DNA from: a virus
Lineage: Duplodnaviria; Caudoviricetes
Direction: 5' to 3' (one strand)
Length of the DNA stretch: 54,799 nt
IMG/VR virus record: IMGVR_UViG_3300043399_000215
Location: 1-54,799 of that record
Shown one piece after another: positions 9,688-18,587 of the stretch. The position numbers and the translations under genes are program-made. How positions within the stretch are numbered: the stretch's first letter is position 1; each line of letters starts with the position of its first letter. The notes below the pieces were generated by a model. That model saw nothing but the letters and a program-made list of their open reading frames with translations, ran no database searches and was not told the DNA's origin.

Positions 9688-10146
9688 TTATTTACCAAGT
9701 TTACGTTTGATTTTAGTCTGAATTTTACTCATTTTATTGAAGGTACTTTTGTAGCTTCGCATAATATCTTTAAGTTCGTTTAGAGATTTAAACTGAAACG
9801 TACTTGATGGGTCACTTGGGTCGCAATTATTCCATATCTTTGCAATAGTAGCTTTTAGTTGTTTCATGTACGCAGCTTCAAAGCTGAGGTTTTTATTCAA
9901 ATGACTTTTAAGAAACTGCAATTCTTCACGAGTCAATGCTGTTTCATCAGGGGTTGCAGGCTTAAGTACAAACGTCTTCGGGCCTTGAATACGAGGTGCT
10001 TTACCTGTAAGCAAAGTAGGTGTTTGGTTTGTCTTACCTTGCATAGCTTTCTCGCATTTTTCCCAGATAAGAGCAGCAAGATCAACCTCGTGGTCTTCCA
10101 ACCCAAGTTTGTTGATAACCAACCAGAAGTCTTTTTTCATCAGCAT
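9688..10146 (-). CDS. hypothetical protein
   Basis: own promoter (10176-10186) and AAAGGA RBS. Confidence 0.7.
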   Translation of the reverse strand: MLMKKDFWLVINKLGLEDHEVDLAALIWEKCEKAMQGKTNQTPTLLTGKAPRIQGPKTFVLKPATPDETALTREELQFLKSHLNKNLSFEAAYMKQLKATIAKIWNNCDPSDPSSTFQFKSLNELKDIMRSYKSTFNKMSKIQTKIKRKLGK

Positions 10147-10201
10147 AGAAGTCCTTTCGTTTGTTTAGATACCTGATTGTAGCATAGCTTGGGTGTGTTT
10201 T

Positions 10202-10912
10202 TCATGAATTCTTCTCACGTAGTTTGGCTTCGATGGCGCGGGCAAATTGTATCACAGAAGGCTGATATACCATAAATTCATCCCAATCCGCTTGATGCAA
10301 TGTAACACAATCTATTTCTTCAATTTCTTGCTCCGTCAACCCAACCCAGTTATGCTGCGGCTGGGGTGCGGTGCCCGGTGCTGGTGGCAGTGGCATCCAG
10401 TGAGTCGGCGGATACATGGACGCCCATTCGCTGGTCGTGTCCGTAACCCATCCATCGCGGCTGTGGCTCATGCCGACACACATCTCCAGTCGCTTTGCCC
10501 CGTATAGCAGCAAAGTCACATCCTTTGGCGCAGTCTCAATCGGTTGCCACGCCACCGGCTCCCCACGCTCCGCGCTTTGCTTGGGCTGCGGCTGGGGTGC
10601 GGTATGCCTCGCAATTCGGTTCGTGACCCGTTCCAGCAGTCTGGTGTTGTTGGTGCTGTGTCCGCAGTCAGACAGGATCATTTCTGCCAAGCGAACGTCA
10701 TCACATGACGGGTCAGGCTCCCCCGGAGTCAGCGCCTGCTCGATTTCGCGCTCCAGTTCGGGGCTGACTGGGTGGTGGTGCTGTGCCTCCAGCGCCTGCA
10801 CGATTGCGGTGCGGAGTTCTGCCATTGCAGAGTCGTGCTCTTTTAGGTGATGGGGTTTAAATGTGGAGCAGGCTTTTTTAACCAGCTCCATGATGTGTTC
10901 AATCTGGTTCAT
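10202..10912 (-). CDS. DUF551-domain mosaic phage protein
   Basis: WQPIETAPKD...PTHWMPLPPAP; WVGLT..E...FARAIEAKLREKN; GC-rich. Confidence 0.8.
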   Translation of the reverse strand: MNQIEHIMELVKKACSTFKPHHLKEHDSAMAELRTAIVQALEAQHHHPVSPELEREIEQALTPGEPDPSCDDVRLAEMILSDCGHSTNNTRLLERVTNRIARHTAPQPQPKQSAERGEPVAWQPIETAPKDVTLLLYGAKRLEMCVGMSHSRDGWVTDTTSEWASMYPPTHWMPLPPAPGTAPQPQHNWVGLTEQEIEEIDCVTLHQADWDEFMVYQPSVIQFARAIEAKLREKNS

Positions 10913-11136
10913 TTAACTTCTCCTGCCCGTGCGATAGTGGCTTCTGGCAATGGATGGTTGTAACAGGCGCACAACTCTTTCACTATTACTGCAAGCTCTT
11001 TAGCTACGCTACGCAGCGCCTCGTTTTCAGCATGAAGCCTTCGGAGTTCTGCGGCGGCATCTACAAACAGTGGGGCACCGGGTGGTACGTCCAATCTTTC
11101 AGCCAGCGCAATAGCCAGCGGGTGTTTAGTATTCAT
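10909..11136 (-). CDS. hypothetical protein (AAAELRRLHAENEALR family)
   Basis: first gene of the leftward unit; promoter and RBS present. Confidence 0.7.
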   Translation of the reverse strand: MNTKHPLAIALAERLDVPPGAPLFVDAAAELRRLHAENEALRSVAKELAVIVKELCACYNHPLPEATIARAGEVK

Positions 11137-11172
11137 AACTAACTTCCTTTCATTTGTTATTTCGATGATTGA

Positions 11173-11183
11173 AGTGTAGCATA
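11173..11183 (-). promoter_or_regulatory. extended -10 promoter TATGCTACACT, leftward
   Basis: matches the window-wide T(G/A)TGYTAYA(A/C)T motif, upstream of the RBS of 11136. Confidence 0.7.
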
Positions 11184-11248
11184 GTTTTCTTGAAATTTCC
11201 AGAGACTTCTTAAAAATTTATAAGATTTCTTCAGGTTTTTACTTCCTG

Positions 11249-11321
11249 CTGTGTGCAACTTGCATCTGTGCAGAAAGCTGTTGAAATTCTGTTAGCAAGC
11301 TGTGCATAACCCTGTGGATAG
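11249..11321. repeat. phased array of DnaA-box-like 9-mers
   Basis: CTGT at 11266, 11278, 11289, 11300, 11312 (11-12 bp period); TGTGCATAA is a perfect TTATNCACA match; TGTGGATAG and TGTGCAGAA have 1 mismatch. Confidence 0.6.
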
Positions 11322-11677
11322 TGCTTTTTGTACTAAATAAAGATTTTCTAAAGAAAATAAAAAAAGAAAAACTACCTTGGTTAACCTGCTCAGTTTTTAA
11401 GCAATACCCTATAAACCTTCAAAAGCTCTTTAAACGCCCTACAAGGCTTTATTTCTCTTTAGGCTACCTCGGTATCAACCAAGGCCAGAAAAGCTGTTGT
11501 AGAGCATTCTGATGCGTTTTAGAAGTATTCTTGAAGCATGTCAACACCAACTACCTTTAACTTCGTAGTAAAGTCACTTCAGGCTTATGTTTTTCTGTTT
11601 GTCATTAGGTGCAAGCTCAACCTTAGTAGCTAAAGAAGTACTCTTGTAGTACCTAAAGATTTATTTTCTTGAATCTC

Positions 11678-11706
11678 TTGCATAAGGTTTGTATCTGTGC
11701 TACACT
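11678..11706 (+). promoter_or_regulatory. sigma70-type promoter TTGCAT-N17-TACACT with extended -10 TG
   Basis: canonical spacing; near-duplicate at 12032-12058. Confidence 0.75.
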
Positions 11707-11711
11707 CAAGG

Positions 11712-11945
11712 CTTCGGACAGGTTGTTGTGACAGAACAGCTTTGCTTGTGCCAATTAGCATTACGACCGTTAAAGTACACCAATGGTGTCTTGTCTTGCG
11801 GAAGGGGTGATTCGTTTGTCTAGCTTAGGCTACCCTGCGTTTCATTAAAGACAAGTAAGCGTCAGTTTCGAGAGGGATGACTAAACTTTACTGCTTAAAC
11901 CTGTCATGAACTCAAGGGTTCTGGTGGGTAAGGGCAGTATTGCAT
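11712..11945 (+). ncRNA. candidate structured non-coding RNA
   Basis: no ORF >=60 aa; follows a promoter; helices 11717-24/11898-905, 11790-97/11848-55, 11889-96/11932-39. Confidence 0.45.
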
Positions 11946-12031
11946 CTAAATCTCAAGGGATATATTACATATCTATAGGTTTTAACTAAAGGTTACAACC
12001 TAAGTATAGTTAAAATTAATAAAGTAAAGCA

Positions 12032-12058
12032 GCATAAGGTTTCAAACTGTGCTACACT
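12032..12058 (+). promoter_or_regulatory. duplicate promoter GCATAAGGTTT-N4-CTGTGCTACACT
   Basis: near-identical to 11680-11706; precedes the first rightward gene. Confidence 0.7.
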
Positions 12059-12093
12059 ACAAGAACTTTAACAACAGGAAAACAGGAGTTGAT

Positions 12094-12303
12094 ATGAACC
12101 AAGTCAATACCAACAAGCTATCTGCTCAGGCTTATCACAAGAAGAAATCTCAGGAGCATACATGGGTATGTACTTATGTTGACAGCTTGAGTAATAAACA
12201 GGTTAAGTTTACTTGCAGCAATGCTATGAAGAAAAGCCATGAGATGCTGATGCAAGGTAATCAGCATGTTAAAGATGTTTGTTTTGTTAAGGGAGTTGTA
12301 TGA
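12094..12303 (+). CDS. hypothetical protein
   Basis: AGGAG RBS before MNQVNT. Confidence 0.65.
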   Translation: MNQVNTNKLSAQAYHKKKSQEHTWVCTYVDSLSNKQVKFTCSNAMKKSHEMLMQGNQHVKDVCFVKGVV

Positions 12304-12424
12304 CTAAAGAAGAAATCCTAGAAGAACTTGACCGTATTGACTGGCAAGTAAAGGAATTAGCATCAGAGCATAATTATTATTGCGATATGCTACAAGAACT
12401 TGAAGAACAAGAAAAGGAATCAGA

Positions 12425-12682
12425 ATGAACTCAAACCTAATCCTTGGTATAGCCTCTGAAGCTGAAGAACAAGTATGCTTGACTCGTAAGCTATCAGACG
12501 GTTCAACAGAACGCTCTTGGAAACCAGAGAACTTTTACCTTAAGTTTGCTGAGTTGTTGATTCAGGACTTGATGCTGAATGTTCATAAGGTGCATCCGGG
12601 TAGTGTCAATAAAGATTCTTTCGGTGTCTGGGATGTTCAACGAGAGATTCAGAATCGAATCAAAGAGAGGTATTTGTTGTGA
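12425..12682 (+). CDS. hypothetical protein (FAELL family)
   Basis: AAGGA RBS; similar to 13672 and 13971. Confidence 0.65.
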   Translation: MNSNLILGIASEAEEQVCLTRKLSDGSTERSWKPENFYLKFAELLIQDLMLNVHKVHPGSVNKDSFGVWDVQREIQNRIKERYLL

Positions 12683-12957
12683 ATCTAGGTCAACAAACAA
12701 AAAGCAAAGCTATGCAGGATATACTTTGCTACCAGATACTCAAAGGTATTATCTCTAGTGCTATAGCAATACCAAGTAAACAAAACTCCCAAAGTATAAT
12801 CGTTCATCACTACACAGACAAACCAGAAGGTCTTCAGCTTGAGTACGAACTTAGACTGACAGATGGTACTTGTAAATTTGGAAGATATTTTGTAAAATCC
12901 GTGTAAAACTTCAAGTCTTGTGCTATACTTCAGGCATCAAAACACAAGGAGCTAACA

Positions 12958-13233
12958 ATGCAAGTTTATATTGACTACGATGATGATGTAATCCTGCATG
13001 TAGAATGCGGGTGGTCTGGTAAGTACTTTTCTGGTAGCCGTGAAGAACCACCAGAAGAACCTGAGTTTGATATTCACGATGTTAGCTACAGTCTTGATAA
13101 CGTAAAAGACCTGGATAAAGAAGAACTTGCTTGGTACAAGCAATGCCTTGAGAAGTATCTTGATTCTGATAGGTTTTTCAAGGATGTAGAAGAAGCGGCT
13201 AGGAATCTTGCTTTTGATGATTATTATGATTGA
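12958..13233 (+). CDS. very acidic hypothetical protein
   Basis: own promoter TGTGCTATACT (12919-12929), AAGGAG RBS. Confidence 0.75.
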   Translation: MQVYIDYDDDVILHVECGWSGKYFSGSREEPPEEPEFDIHDVSYSLDNVKDLDKEELAWYKQCLEKYLDSDRFFKDVEEAARNLAFDDYYD

Positions 13234-13367
13234 AAAAGAAACATGCCCCTATTGCGGCATCGAAACGGAAGACCCGTGTGATGAGCCACAGAACTCTTGT
13301 GAGAAAGCCATAAATGCTGTCTTTGGCGACTGGCTGAATGATTTGAACAAACCTATGGAGATTCATT

Positions 13368-13652
13368 GTGAACAAAAATGATTTAAAGATTAACGACATA
13401 ATCTTTACAGAAGTAAAAAAACATTTTAAAACGATGAGGTACGAATTAATTAAAACTAATAGAGAAAGTTATGTACCTATTAATGAACTGCTAAATAATT
13501 TACTGGAGTTGCAGAAAGAAAATCCCCATGCTTTGATAGTAGTCACAGAGCATGGGTACTATTCAGGAGGAGATATTGCTACGATAGCCTCAAAACCTAT
13601 TAAAATAGGTGATAATCTATACACAATAGGGCACTCATGGCAAACTTACTGA
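13368..13652 (+). CDS. hypothetical protein
   Basis: GGAG RBS with GTG start. Confidence 0.55.
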   Translation: MNKNDLKINDIIFTEVKKHFKTMRYELIKTNRESYVPINELLNNLLELQKENPHALIVVTEHGYYSGGDIATIASKPIKIGDNLYTIGHSWQTY

Positions 13653-13671
13653 TTTACATAAGATTGAAGAA

Positions 13672-13926
13672 ATGAACAAAGATAAACTTAAAGAACTTGC
13701 TGAACAGGCTCGCAATCTAATAGAACACGATTACGAATATCTTCCCGAGGAGTCTGACCGTACAGAACTAATTCAAAAGAAATTAGCAGAGTTGATTGTG
13801 AAAGAATGCGTTGCTATCGTAGAACATTTCAGCGATGGGAATGAAAAAGATCAATTCGGAAGAACTCTGTATCACTATCGAACTGATATAGGGAAAGAAA
13901 TAGAACAATACTTTTCTATATCGTGA
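13672..13926 (+). CDS. hypothetical protein (MNKDKLKELAEQA...LAELIVKEC family)
   Basis: paralog of the next gene. Confidence 0.7.
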   Translation: MNKDKLKELAEQARNLIEHDYEYLPEESDRTELIQKKLAELIVKECVAIVEHFSDGNEKDQFGRTLYHYRTDIGKEIEQYFSIS

Positions 13927-13970
13927 GCAATGACTATTCAAACGTTGGTGGTAAAATTGAAGGGGTTGAA

Positions 13971-14279
13971 ATGAACAAAGATAAACTTATTGAACTTGCT
14001 AAAGAAGCTGGTTTTGTTATTGATGAAGACAGCAGGAAGCACCAACCTAATTGTATTGTGCATACGCATTATTTGATTGATTCAGAGTTGATGCGTTTTG
14101 CTGAACTTGTTGCAGCAGCAGAGCGAGAGGCGTGTGCAAGATTGATACAGCCGTTTGCCATTGGAGAGTACCCAGCATTTAGCGGTAGGGACGACCCCGT
14201 TGATCTTGCTCTGTGTGCAGCCGCAGAGCGCATTCGAACAGTGAGCAACGGACTGCGCAAGGCACTTGGGGGAGTCTGA
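13971..14279 (+). CDS. hypothetical protein (MNKDKLIELAKEA...FAELVAAAEREAC family)
   Basis: start placed by near-identity of the 5' DNA to 13672. Confidence 0.7.
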   Translation: MNKDKLIELAKEAGFVIDEDSRKHQPNCIVHTHYLIDSELMRFAELVAAAEREACARLIQPFAIGEYPAFSGRDDPVDLALCAAAERIRTVSNGLRKALGGV

Positions 14280-14480
14280 ATGACCGACGAACTCAGAATC
14301 CAAGCCCTGCAAGCGGCACTTGACCAAGCGAACATGCAGATCATCGAACAGCGCGAGGTGATGGGGGTGGCGTTGGATGCGCTGAATGAAGTGTGGTACT
14401 CAAACACCACCTCCATCGCGCATCAGAAATTCACATTGGCGACAGAAGCACTGCGCGAAGCACTTGGAGAAACGGAATGA
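14280..14480 (+). CDS. hypothetical protein
   Basis: GGAG RBS; GC-richer segment. Confidence 0.6.
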   Translation: MTDELRIQALQAALDQANMQIIEQREVMGVALDALNEVWYSNTTSIAHQKFTLATEALREALGETE

Positions 14481-14693
14481 ACAAAATTATTTTGCGTATG
14501 ACACATCGGGTTTGGAACACTGCCATCAGTCGCATCCTTTGCCGCGCTTATTCACAAGGTCACATCAACTCAAGTCAACTGCATATTTTGGCATCAAAGT
14601 TTGACCCAACACAAAAACACGAGGTGTATTGATGGATTGCCCATATTGCCATGCGCCGAACAAATGGAAATGTTATTGCAGAAAGAGGAGCAA

Positions 14694-14876
14694 ATGAAAC
14701 ACCTCAAAACCGCAGCAATCCTGCTGGCTCCATTTGCAATCATGTACCTGCTGTTCGGCTTCGTGTTCTGGAACTGGGACGCGAAAAGCTGGGACGCGAT
14801 GGGTCTGTTTCTGTATGTCGTGCTGGTGGTTCCGCTTGTGATTGGAGCGACTGCTTTTGTGGAGGGGATGAAATGA
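14694..14876 (+). CDS. small two-TM membrane protein
   Basis: GAGGAG RBS; two hydrophobic stretches. Confidence 0.65.
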   Translation: MKHLKTAAILLAPFAIMYLLFGFVFWNWDAKSWDAMGLFLYVVLVVPLVIGATAFVEGMK

Positions 14877-15298
14877 CTTACTACCTACGCAACGCATGGG
14901 AAACACCTGATGGTACAATCATTGAAAGCAAGCATGGTTGGGACTATCAGGCTCATGAAGACAGTATCACCAAAGAATTCTATATGTGCGACAGCATTGG
15001 TTACTACATTCGTACAAGCGTTAACGAAGTACCAGCAAAGAGCCTCTGTGTAACAACAGACGATGACTTTGAAGTTCAGAGAGTTGTTAAATTTTGGGGT
15101 ACTTACGGTAAAGACGGTAAATCTGAGTTACAATACATATCACCAGCGGATATGACACAACTTCATATCAAGGCTGTTCTTAAAACTCAAAGTAAAATCT
15201 CTCCTGAAATAAGGAAAGTCTTTGAGCAAGAGTTGTTGTATCGCAAAGAAAAACGCTTGAATAAATTGAAAGGAAAGCAAGATGATATATACTGCTAA
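14873..15298 (+). CDS. conserved phage hypothetical protein
   Basis: RNAWETPDGTIIESKH..DY motif; ATGA overlap. Confidence 0.7.
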   Translation: MTYYLRNAWETPDGTIIESKHGWDYQAHEDSITKEFYMCDSIGYYIRTSVNEVPAKSLCVTTDDDFEVQRVVKFWGTYGKDGKSELQYISPADMTQLHIKAVLKTQSKISPEIRKVFEQELLYRKEKRLNKLKGKQDDIYC

Positions 15299-15479
15299 AG
15301 TTCTTAAGTTTGTAGGTGAACGTTCGTTTTCATTGCTAGATGCTACCTTGCTGCTGATTGTAGCCAAGTTGGTAAGCCTAGCTGATAATGCAACCTACGC
15401 TGTCTTGGTTGGTGTTGTAGGGTTCTTGCTGGCAGGTCTTGTTGGGGCATGGACTAAGGTTTATTTGCTGAAGGAGTAA
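15282..15479 (+). CDS. small membrane protein
   Basis: AAAGGA RBS; hydrophobic. Confidence 0.6.
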   Translation: MIYTAKVLKFVGERSFSLLDATLLLIVAKLVSLADNATYAVLVGVVGFLLAGLVGAWTKVYLLKE

Positions 15480-15631
15480 CTCATGAGTGACATTGAACAA
15501 TTCTGGCAAGCTATCGCTGCTAAAGCAGGTGATAATCGCAAGTGGAGTGACCTTGCACCTAATCTACAACATGCTGTAATTCAGAGTGTAAACATTCTGA
15601 TTCAGGTTTTGAATACTAAGTAAGGATTGCT

Positions 15632-15982
15632 ATGCTGACCGTACAAGACTGGATTGATGCAGGCTACAAGAAGTTTAAAGAGGTGAAACATGTAAAACCT
15701 TATTCTGCTTTTGGATTGCAAAAACGCATTTCAGATGAGGTAGGTAAGCGTTATTACATTACAGTCTTTGCGTATGACCATGCAGAGCACAAGGCTTCTG
15801 GTAGAATGCCAGAGACTATGCCTGATTTTGGTTTTACACCTGAGGTGCAATTCAGAGGTGAGTTGAATACAACTTGCATTGAGTTGATTATGCACGTAGA
15901 TAGCACAGTCAAGGATGTAGAGATGCACTTTGATATAATGTGGAATGCTTTGGGTAAACCTTATTATGATACTTGGGATTAA
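15632..15982 (+). CDS. hypothetical protein
   Basis: AAGGA RBS. Confidence 0.7.
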   Translation: MLTVQDWIDAGYKKFKEVKHVKPYSAFGLQKRISDEVGKRYYITVFAYDHAEHKASGRMPETMPDFGFTPEVQFRGELNTTCIELIMHVDSTVKDVEMHFDIMWNALGKPYYDTWD

Positions 15983-15985
15983 GGA

Positions 15986-16207
15986 GTGAATATGAACTAC
16001 AGTCAATACACACTAGATGAAATCGAACGAATCTTGTATATCAATAATGACCCTGCTCATGCAGCATTGAAGGTGATGCTTGAGCATGATCGAGAGGATT
16101 ATGATGATGGGTATAGCTACGGTAAAACAGCAGGGTTTGATGAAGGCTATGAGGTTGGTTATGACCAAGCTATTTGTGATGTTAGAAATGGTGTTGTTGA
16201 GGTTTGA
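15986..16207 (+). CDS. hypothetical protein with GYxx repeats
   Basis: DGYSYGKTAGFDEGYEVGYDQA; AAGGAG RBS. Confidence 0.65.
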   Translation: MNMNYSQYTLDEIERILYINNDPAHAALKVMLEHDREDYDDGYSYGKTAGFDEGYEVGYDQAICDVRNGVVEV

Positions 16208-16218
16208 AAGGAAGTAAC

Positions 16219-17970
16219 TTGAGCGTATTTGTAAAGCACACTAATTGTAAATCATGCGGCAGCAAAGATAACTTTGCTTTATACGTAGATGATGAGGATA
16301 ATGAAAGTGGTCACTGCTTTGGGTGTGGTTTTACAATCCCAAGTAAGGAATACATTGAAAGCAAACAGGATAGTAACAGAGTCCGAACAACAGTAAAAAA
16401 GGAATACACAGAGATGGAAGTTAAGTCAACAAAACCTGTAATGACCCCTGAAGAAAATCAGGAGTTGAAGAATTCAACATCTGCTAAATGCAAGGGTTTT
16501 CGTTCCCTGCGTGATGACATTGTTAGTACATTCGGTGTTCGGCATTCCTTTGATGAAGTAACTGGAGATGTAAACGAGCAATATTATCCATGTACTCAGG
16601 ATGGGCAATTAGTTGGATACAAAGTCCGTGAAGTTCCTAAGAATTTTTACTCCAAAGGACGTACTGGTGCAGATTGTGAATTGTTTGGGCAGTTTAAATT
16701 CAATCGTGGCGGTAAGTATGTACTGCTCGTTGAGGGGGAAGTTGACCAGCTCTCGGCATATCAGATGATTCATGATTACAATAAATCCCGAGGCTCTGAT
16801 TTTGAAACAGCAGTTGTAAGCCCAACTACAGGAGCTAATTCTAAGAAGCAAATTGCAGCACAATATAAGTTTTTTGATAGCTTTGAGCAGATTATTTGTT
16901 GCATGGATTCTGATAAAGCAGGTCAGGAAGCCACCGAGGAAATTATTAAGTACCTACCTAAAGGTAAAGTGAAGCTGATGCAGATGCGCTTTAAAGACCC
17001 AAATGAATATCTTGAGCAGGATAAGCAGCGAGAGTTTATCAGCGACTTCTATAATGCAAAGACTTATGTGCCTGCGGGTGTTGTAGGTAGTTCAACTTTA
17101 TACGAGCGTCTACTGGAAAGTGCAGTTGTTGAAAAAATACCTCTCCCGCCTTTTATGTCAAAACTAGATGATATGATCGGCTCGATTGAGCTTGGTACTA
17201 TCGGCGTATTCGCTGCGGGAAGTGGTGCAGCTAAGACAACGGTAGCTAACGAGTTGATATACTACTGGTTGTTTAACAGTCCGCATAAGATTGGTGTTGT
17301 TTCGCTTGAATTAACCTGTGCTCAGTACGCTCAAGCAATGCTCTCAAGACATATTGAGAATAAAATTTCACTGATTAAAGACCCGCAAGAAAAACTAAAA
17401 TTCTTGCAACAAGATAGAATTAAAGATAAAGCACATGAGTTGTTTTTGGATGGTAACGGAGGTGATCGTTTTCTAGTGATTGATGAGCGAGATGGCAGTG
17501 TAGAGGTTTTACAAAATAAAATTGAAGAATTGATTATTTCCTGTGGATGTAAAGTAATTATTCTTGACCCATTAAGCGATGTGTTCGACTCACTAACAAT
17601 TGATGAGCAGGCAAAATTCATGAAATGGTGCAAGAGTATGATTAAGAACTACAATGTGACATTCTTAATGATTGCGCATATTCGTAAATCAGGAAATAAT
17701 AAAGATGCTGCAAGCACTGGCGCTTTTGTACCAGAAGAGGCAATATCCGGTTCTTCTACGGTCTTTAAGAGTGCATCATGGGTTGTTATGATGCAACGAG
17801 ATAAGTACAATGAAGACCCTATTATCAGGAATACAACAAGGCTTGTCTTGAGTAAGAACAGGGCAGCGGGTGAAACCGGGGAAGCGGGTAACCTCTACTA
17901 CTGCAATCAAACACACAAACTGCACGATCTTGATGACTGGAATCAGGAAAACGGAGTAAAGGAGTTTTAA
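16219..17970 (+). CDS. DNA primase-helicase (T7 gp4-like: Zn finger, TOPRIM, SF4 helicase)
   Basis: CKSCGSKD...HCFGC; LVEGEVD, MDSDKAG, KDPNEYL; AGSGAAKTT, IILDPL, IAHIRK, SKNR; TTG start after GAAAGGA. Confidence 0.95.
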   Translation: MSVFVKHTNCKSCGSKDNFALYVDDEDNESGHCFGCGFTIPSKEYIESKQDSNRVRTTVKKEYTEMEVKSTKPVMTPEENQELKNSTSAKCKGFRSLRDDIVSTFGVRHSFDEVTGDVNEQYYPCTQDGQLVGYKVREVPKNFYSKGRTGADCELFGQFKFNRGGKYVLLVEGEVDQLSAYQMIHDYNKSRGSDFETAVVSPTTGANSKKQIAAQYKFFDSFEQIICCMDSDKAGQEATEEIIKYLPKGKVKLMQMRFKDPNEYLEQDKQREFISDFYNAKTYVPAGVVGSSTLYERLLESAVVEKIPLPPFMSKLDDMIGSIELGTIGVFAAGSGAAKTTVANELIYYWLFNSPHKIGVVSLELTCAQYAQAMLSRHIENKISLIKDPQEKLKFLQQDRIKDKAHELFLDGNGGDRFLVIDERDGSVEVLQNKIEELIISCGCKVIILDPLSDVFDSLTIDEQAKFMKWCKSMIKNYNVTFLMIAHIRKSGNNKDAASTGAFVPEEAISGSSTVFKSASWVVMMQRDKYNEDPIIRNTTRLVLSKNRAAGETGEAGNLYYCNQTHKLHDLDDWNQENGVKEF

Positions 17971-17971
17971 A

Positions 17972-18523
17972 ATGGTCTTTGGAGAAGGCGTGAATGACTT
18001 AGATTCAAAAGTCGAATCCTATACTGTTTGGCACAGCATGATACGGCGTTGTTATAGTGCAGTGTACCATCAGTGTAAACCAAGTTACATAGGAACTGAA
18101 GTTTGTAATGACTGGAAATTGCTGTCAAATTTCGACAAGTGGTTTCGTGAAAATGCAGTGACAGGTTGGCAACTCGATAAAGATTTGTTGTCTAATTACG
18201 GCAAGCTGTACTCTGAGAAAAATTGTACATTCTTGCCGAATGAAATAAACTGCGCCATTGGGTATAGCAGTAGAAATGATTTACCATCTGGTGTCAGTTA
18301 TATAAAATCTAAGGGTGTTTACTGCGCTCAATACTCCAGATTTATAGATGGCAAGCGAAAAGGTGTTCATGTTCTCTATAGTACAGACATTGACGAGTGT
18401 TTTGAGGCATATAAAAGATCAAAGGAGAGGCACCTTGTTGAGTTAGCTGAGAGGTACAAGTCAAAGTTGAGCGATAAAGCATACAACGCTTTGCTTAAGT
18501 TTGAGATTAAAAAATACAACTAA
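17972..18523 (+). CDS. putative free-standing homing endonuclease (HNH-like)
   Basis: WHSMIRRCY...VCNDW..LSNF..W...WQLDKDLL...YSEKNCTFLPNEIN...LPSGV. Confidence 0.75.
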   Translation: MVFGEGVNDLDSKVESYTVWHSMIRRCYSAVYHQCKPSYIGTEVCNDWKLLSNFDKWFRENAVTGWQLDKDLLSNYGKLYSEKNCTFLPNEINCAIGYSSRNDLPSGVSYIKSKGVYCAQYSRFIDGKRKGVHVLYSTDIDECFEAYKRSKERHLVELAERYKSKLSDKAYNALLKFEIKKYN

Positions 18524-18527
18524 ACTT

Positions 18528-18554
18528 AGCCAGCCTTGTGCTGGCTTTCTTTTT
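18528..18554 (+). terminator. intrinsic terminator
   Basis: AGCCAGC-cttgt-GCTGGCT followed by TTCTTTTT. Confidence 0.75.
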
Positions 18555-18587
18555 ATGCTATAATGCCTCAAGTTATGAAAGGAAGGT

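Noticed and set aside
11321-11512. 63-aa ORF in the divergence region
   Set aside because: No RBS; derived from an A-tract and inverted repeat
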